Assembly (NCBI GenBank): GCA_039024555.1
Contig: JBCCQQ010000053.1
Location: 1-43,831 of the forward strand
Length of the DNA: 43,831 nt
Reading direction: 5' to 3'
Origin: Cyanobacteria bacterium P01_D01_bin.156
GTDB taxonomy: Bacteria > Cyanobacteriota > Cyanobacteriia > Phormidesmidales > Phormidesmidaceae
Under the pieces are notes generated by a model. The model did not search any database. It had not been told where the DNA came from and saw nothing but the letters and a program-made list of their open reading frames with translations. Both the position numbers and the translations under genes were made by a program. The stretch's first letter is position 1, and the number at the start of each line of letters is the position of its first letter. This document shows, in pieces, positions 39,042-43,831 of this stretch.

Positions 39042-39288
39042 ACGGTTAATAAACAAACGCTAAACCGTGGAATAAAAACAGCGTTTTAGCTGAACTTAGA
39101 TTGTGCCACTCAAAAGTCTGGAAAACCTTATGAGGTAAAGGCTTTTAGAAATGACTATGGTGAAAAAGGTCAGGTAGTAATGTTTCTTCCGGATTGCTTA
39201 TTGGCGAGGTCGGTGTATGAGTCGACACCTTCTTAGTCTTGACAATATCCAGCGCCTATTTTTTCTCATCCAAACGCTTCAGACAACC

Positions 39289-40164
39289 ATGAAAATCGAT
39301 TTTCTAAAACAACCAACGATTTCAACCCGCTTTGCTCTCGGCTCTGTTCTGGTTTTAACAACTGTTAGCGTCTCTTTGTCAGCTGTCTCAGATGCTAAAG
39401 CTACAGTACGACGCGCCCTTCATGTTCGTCGTACCGTAGGCTCAGTAACCACCTTGGCGGGATATCGCAAAAGAACTCAGCCAGGAGATCAGCTTACAGA
39501 TGTGGGGCATGGGATTATTACAGGGCGTCGTGCCAGCGCAAATCTCAGAATCGATGGTGGTAGCGGTTCTATTGCAGTAGCACAGAATACCCACATGACC
39601 GTTGAACGATTATCGGTTTCGCCTAATGGTGGTTATGTCACAGTCTTAGATGTTGAGAGAGGACAGGCACGGGTGCAGGTACGTCCCTTTACCAACCCTA
39701 GTTCAAGGTTTGAACTGCGTACCCCTAGCGGTGTTGCTGCCGTACGAGGTACTGAATTTGGTGTATCGGTCTCAGAAGCAGGGAAAACGGGGATAGCTAC
39801 CCTAGAAGGTAAGGTTGAAGCTAGTGCTCAGTTTGTTGAAGTGCCAGTAGAGGCTGGTATGGTCTCTGTTATCAGACCGGGGGAAATTCCTACTCCAGCC
39901 AAGCCTTTAGATCGAACTTTAGATATTCAATGGAAACGTTATGAATGGAAAGATAATCAGCTTTACATCGAAGGATATGTTGATGCCGCAAACCTTTTGT
40001 TTGTTGCAGGGAATGAAATTCCCGTTAATCGTGCTGGTTACTTTAAGGCTGAAATTCGTTTGAAAAAGCGTACCCATCGAGTAAAAGCAACTGTAAAAAA
40101 TGCTGTGGGGGAAACACGCAATCATCACCTATTTCGTTGGATCACCCATAGATTTGATACTTAG
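39289..40164 (+). CDS. Exported FecR-domain protein
   Basis: Sec-type signal ending DAKA, FELRTPSGVAAVRGTEFGV FecR signature and a C-terminal Ig-like segment. Start is either 39289 or 39217. Confidence 0.85.
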   Translation: MKIDFLKQPTISTRFALGSVLVLTTVSVSLSAVSDAKATVRRALHVRRTVGSVTTLAGYRKRTQPGDQLTDVGHGIITGRRASANLRIDGGSGSIAVAQNTHMTVERLSVSPNGGYVTVLDVERGQARVQVRPFTNPSSRFELRTPSGVAAVRGTEFGVSVSEAGKTGIATLEGKVEASAQFVEVPVEAGMVSVIRPGEIPTPAKPLDRTLDIQWKRYEWKDNQLYIEGYVDAANLLFVAGNEIPVNRAGYFKAEIRLKKRTHRVKATVKNAVGETRNHHLFRWITHRFDT

Positions 40165-40426
40165 CTGAACAAAGCCGATTGAGAAGTACTGCGTTGTGCT
40201 TAACCCCATGGATTCCTTTATAAATCGTCCGGGCTATGTGTACTAGAGATGAATTCTATGCTGGTGGCTATTTGAAGTTCTTTTGAATTCCGAGTTATCC
40301 ACAATGCCTTGGGAAAAATAAATCAGTCAATAGATGTAACCTTTTTGCTTTCGCAAGCAGCATTGCTTCATGTGCTATCCCTGTGGCATTTGTATAAAAA
40401 GGAGCATCGTTTACTCTCTCAAATCT

Positions 40427-41299
40427 ATGGATATGCGTCTGATGGCACAAGCCCAGCGGCTAAATCGGCGGACCTTTGGCATGCTCATGGTCGCAACAAC
40501 CTTTGGAGTGATTTTTAAGTCCAGACTGGCTGCTGCAACTGACTATGACTACTCAGTGCGCTGGTTACGTATCAAGCGTGTGTCAGGCTCTGTAACTATG
40601 CTAAACGGACAACGTAAGAGCGCTAGTGTTGGAGACTATCTGCTATCAGAAGGTGAGGGATTGGTCACAGGCCGTCGTTCCACAGCTCACTTAGAAGTTG
40701 ACGATGGTATTGCTTCTGTGGCTGTGGCGCAAAATACAGAAATGACTATTCAGCAGCTATCCCTACAGTCAGATGGTTCCCGTGTCACGATTTTAGATGT
40801 ACCTCGGGGGCAGGCAAGGTTTCAAGTACGCCGATTTACTCACTCTAACTCTCGTTTAGAACTTCGTACGCCCAGCGGTGTTGCAGCGGTGCGAGGTACA
40901 AATTTTGGCGTTTTGGTAAACCAGCAAGGACAAACGAATGTGGCTACCCTAGAGGGCCAAGTAGATGTGAGTGCCCAAGGGGTTAGCATGCCCGTTACCA
41001 GTGGTACGGCATCGATTATTTATCCTGGAGAGGCACCTACAGCAGTTCGCTCGGTAGACCGTGAGCTTGATATTCGTTGGGAAGATTACGAGTGGCGAGG
41101 CGAGTCATTCTATATGGCAGGGTATGTTGATGCTGCCAATGTGATCCGAGTCAATGACCAGGAAGTAACCGTTGATCGGGCTGGGTATTTTGAACAAATC
41201 GTTGTCTTTGATCGTAAACGTCAGGTGGTCTCTATCATTGTGCAGAATCCCATGGGCGAAACACGCACCCATAGAGTCTTTCCTCGGGGAGAAGGCTAA
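40427..41299 (+). CDS. Exported FecR-domain protein (paralog) with Tat-like signal
   Basis: LELRTPSGVAAVRGTNFGV signature and NRRTFG...LAAA leader. Start uncertain (40427-40442 favoured over 40370). Confidence 0.85.
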   Translation: MDMRLMAQAQRLNRRTFGMLMVATTFGVIFKSRLAAATDYDYSVRWLRIKRVSGSVTMLNGQRKSASVGDYLLSEGEGLVTGRRSTAHLEVDDGIASVAVAQNTEMTIQQLSLQSDGSRVTILDVPRGQARFQVRRFTHSNSRLELRTPSGVAAVRGTNFGVLVNQQGQTNVATLEGQVDVSAQGVSMPVTSGTASIIYPGEAPTAVRSVDRELDIRWEDYEWRGESFYMAGYVDAANVIRVNDQEVTVDRAGYFEQIVVFDRKRQVVSIIVQNPMGETRTHRVFPRGEG

Positions 41300-43228
41300 A
41301 TGATGCTGGGGTGGTTGAAACATCATCAGTATCAAAAGAGGCAGGTGCGATCGCGCCAGCAATGGCTCCAACTGTTTCTAGGCCCTGGTTTAGCAGCAGC
41401 TGGTTTGGGAGTAGCATTGACGCTCTTAGGTGCTTGGAATCCACTAGAGCAGGGTGTCTACAATCGTTTATTCCATGTCCGTGAACAACTACATCCTCGA
41501 CAGTGGGATGATCGCATTGTTGTCATTGCCATAGATGAAGCCAGCTTAGATGAATATGGTAGCTATCCTTGGAATCGAAATCTTTACACAGAACTTCTGT
41601 ATCGGTTGACTATTGTGCAACCAGCAGCTGTTGGTTTTGACATTCTCATGGCCGAAACAACGCCAGAGGACGCAAACCTAGCAGAGGCTATTACCTACAG
41701 TCAGAATATTGTTCTTGCCGTTGGTGGTGACTACCAAGGCAACTTTATTGATGTGGCTGAAACCATTGCCCAACCCGCTAACAATTTCTTCTCTGTTGGT
41801 CATGTAAAACACATTACCGATCCCGATGGTATTAGTCGTCGTGCTTTTCTATATGAACGCTATAGGGACCAGGTCGCGGATAGTTTTGCTATTGCGCTCT
41901 TGAGAACCTATCAAGCTAGTCTCGAAGGAGTCATCAATCGTGACTTTGTTGCTGCCGAGACAATCACTCCGACTGTTCTCAAAAATAAGGAACAGTTTGA
42001 TCAGAATCGACCTGCTTGGATTAATTGGCCAGGGCCAATACCTCAAAAAGGCTATAATCATAAAGGTGTGAGAGTTCTATCTTTCCAAGAAGTGATGCAG
42101 AACGATGCTGTGCTCGATCAGCTGCAAAATAAGATTGTCTTAGTGGGATATACTGCAGCAGGTGTTGTCGGAACTCTAGAAGATCCATTAAAGACACCTT
42201 TTACAAGAACTATTCCAACGTCTGGAGTTTTTCTCCATGTTGCACTCATAGATAATTTGCTGAACAATCGTTTTCTGCAAGTGCTGTCTCAAAATTGGAC
42301 TCTGGTCATAGTGGTGCTGAGTAGTTTTGGAAGTAGTCTGGTTTTACGACCACTCAAATTAAGAGGCAGACTACTCTTTCTATTTGCGCTAATGCCAGTT
42401 TGGTTTATTGTTGCCTATGGTTGTTTTATCTCCACGAATTTTCTAATACCTATTGCTGCCCCTATCGGTACAACTCTGTTGGGTATGCTTTTCTTTCAAA
42501 TTGCAGAACAGCAGGAACGCCAAGCCCTTACGGATCTCTTTGCTATCAGTCTATCGCCACAAATGGCTGATTTTGTCTGGCAACATAAAGAGGAATTGCT
42601 GACCCAAGGCCAAATTCACTCCCAAGAGCTAACAGCCACGCTCCTCTTCACCGATATTCGTGGTTTTACTGGTATCAGTGAAACGTTGCCATCTGACAAA
42701 CTTCTAGACTGGCTAAATCGTTATTTTGAAGTCATGACTGAATGCATTATGGAGCATGGCGGTGTAGTGGATAAATATATTGGCGATGCTATCATGGCTG
42801 CATTCGGAGTGCCTGTTTCTAGGGTGGATGACGATGCTACTCAACAAGATGCTCTAGCTGCTGTTAAGGCCAGCATTGCCATGGTCAAAAAGTTAGAAGA
42901 GTTAAATCAAGAATTTCAAGATCAAGGATTACCTACTATCAGATTTGGTGTTGGTCTACACACAGGACCTGTTGTGGCTGGTACGGTAGGTAGTCGTAGC
43001 CGAGCTAGCTACTCTCTGTTTGGGGATACCGTGAATATCGCGGCGCGACTGCAGGACATGACCAAAACGCTTACGAAGAATTCTCCCTATCCGATTTTGA
43101 TGAGTGAAGCAACCTATGAGCAGGTAGCTGGCCATTGTACGATCATTACCGAAAAAGCCACGATTCAATTGCGCGGACGAACCGCACAAACAACGGTCTA
43201 TGCATTAGGTGAAATGCAAACCATCTAA
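41300..43228 (+). CDS. CHASE2-domain class III adenylate/guanylate cyclase
   Basis: CHASE2 motifs (IVVIAIDEASL, YPWNR, DPDGISRR, KIVLVG), three TM helices and cyclase motifs FTDIRGFT, DKYIGDAIMA, GDTVNIAARLQ. Confidence 0.93.
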   Translation: MMLGWLKHHQYQKRQVRSRQQWLQLFLGPGLAAAGLGVALTLLGAWNPLEQGVYNRLFHVREQLHPRQWDDRIVVIAIDEASLDEYGSYPWNRNLYTELLYRLTIVQPAAVGFDILMAETTPEDANLAEAITYSQNIVLAVGGDYQGNFIDVAETIAQPANNFFSVGHVKHITDPDGISRRAFLYERYRDQVADSFAIALLRTYQASLEGVINRDFVAAETITPTVLKNKEQFDQNRPAWINWPGPIPQKGYNHKGVRVLSFQEVMQNDAVLDQLQNKIVLVGYTAAGVVGTLEDPLKTPFTRTIPTSGVFLHVALIDNLLNNRFLQVLSQNWTLVIVVLSSFGSSLVLRPLKLRGRLLFLFALMPVWFIVAYGCFISTNFLIPIAAPIGTTLLGMLFFQIAEQQERQALTDLFAISLSPQMADFVWQHKEELLTQGQIHSQELTATLLFTDIRGFTGISETLPSDKLLDWLNRYFEVMTECIMEHGGVVDKYIGDAIMAAFGVPVSRVDDDATQQDALAAVKASIAMVKKLEELNQEFQDQGLPTIRFGVGLHTGPVVAGTVGSRSRASYSLFGDTVNIAARLQDMTKTLTKNSPYPILMSEATYEQVAGHCTIITEKATIQLRGRTAQTTVYALGEMQTI

Positions 43229-43281
43229 CATATATTTGGTCGTATCTAAATCATTATGGTTTGTGTATGCTCCTACTATCT

Positions 43282-43307
43282 ATGCTATCTAGCAAATTAG
43301 ATAGCAT
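43282..43307 (+). terminator. Hairpin downstream of the cyclase gene
   Basis: ATGCTATCTA/TAGATAGCAT 10-bp stem with only a weak T tail. Confidence 0.4.
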
Positions 43308-43597
43308 TCTCTGAGGGGTAATTTTTGAAGCTGTATAAGCTGTTTGACTGACGAACAAGATCTTTGTCCGATACCTTTTAAAGTGTTCACAGAGTCTTCA
43401 AGAAGTTATACGTAGGATCTCTCATACAACGTGTCCATGAGTCTTTGTAGTCTTAAATAACGAGGCTACAAATTTGTATAGTTTTTAGCTGCAATTTGAT
43501 AAGGCATCTTAATAACAACATGCTTTACTCAAAAGATGATTGATATCTGTTGGTATTAATCAACGTAACTACCCCTGTTATCGACTCAAGGTTTTCA

Positions 43598-43831
43598 ATG
43601 GTGCGTTTTAAGTTTAGCTACGATCCAGGTATATCGATAGAGCAACGCATCGGTTTTGAACTGGCTGCGCGTATTTGGGGAACTTACCTGACAGATGATA
43701 TTGCTGTCAATCTCCATATTGTTTCTACTGATGCCTTGGAAGGTGACGCTATTGGTGGCGCAATTCCTATATTTCATCAACAACATTATGGAGTTCTGAC
43801 AGAGTATCTTGAGCAAGATATCACTAAATCA
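43598..43831 (+). CDS. 5' part of a probable cyanobacterial metalloprotease-like protein (NF038122-like), truncated by the window end
   Basis: Open frame MVRFKFSYDPGISIEQRIGFELAARIWGTYLTDDIAVNLHI... runs to the edge and resembles the FxFxY-x8-IGFExAxxIW N-terminus of that family. Not in the ORF track. Confidence 0.6.
   Translation, partial: MVRFKFSYDPGISIEQRIGFELAARIWGTYLTDDIAVNLHIVSTDALEGDAIGGAIPIFHQQHYGVLTEYLEQDITKS

Noticed and set aside
2934..41354. HIP1 (GCGATCGC) repeats, e.g. at 2934, 8163, 12113, 14002, 27182, 34386, 41347
   Set aside because: Real, but a well-known cyanobacterial genome feature; used only as a marker of taxonomy and foreign DNA.
656..43816. Many short ORF-track entries antisense to or nested in confident genes (e.g. 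656-901, 21318-21752, 34357-34680, 43595-43816)
   Set aside because: Shadow frames of well-supported genes with no independent evidence.

Overview
Cyanobacterial chromosomal window, probably from a filamentous Leptolyngbya-like organism (inferred from frequent HIP1 GCGATCGC sites, pipX-pipY-sepF-proC, bciB, a manR-like regulator and cyanobacterial DUF genes). Bases ~1.2-27.6 kb are mostly conserved housekeeping and signalling genes: gamma-carbonic anhydrase family, TIGR02652, two Ser/Thr kinases, bciB, nei, a DnaJ protein, der, EcfT, PabB/TrpE-like, pipX, pipY, sepF, proC, plsY, NAD kinase, rsmA and ispE. Bases ~27.9-43.8 kb are more accessory: GNAT, LysR, a MerR-controlled two-gene membrane module, NUDIX, a PEP-CTERM protein, an orphan phage-type SF2 helicase, an AT-rich membrane-protein gene, a decayed IS transposase, two FecR-domain genes with a CHASE2 adenylate cyclase, and the start of a probable metalloprotease gene. 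An ISAzo13-like element is cut by the left edge. The strongest unexplained signal is in the 6776-7659 intergenic region. It holds two tandem ~130-nt non-coding units, 327 nt apart, each with a constant(30 nt)-variable(18 nt)-constant(84 nt) layout ending in a C(UUCG)G terminator, plus a near-consensus CRP box and an oppositely oriented terminator. All family assignments come from motif recognition, not database searches. No rRNA, tRNA or CRISPR array was seen.
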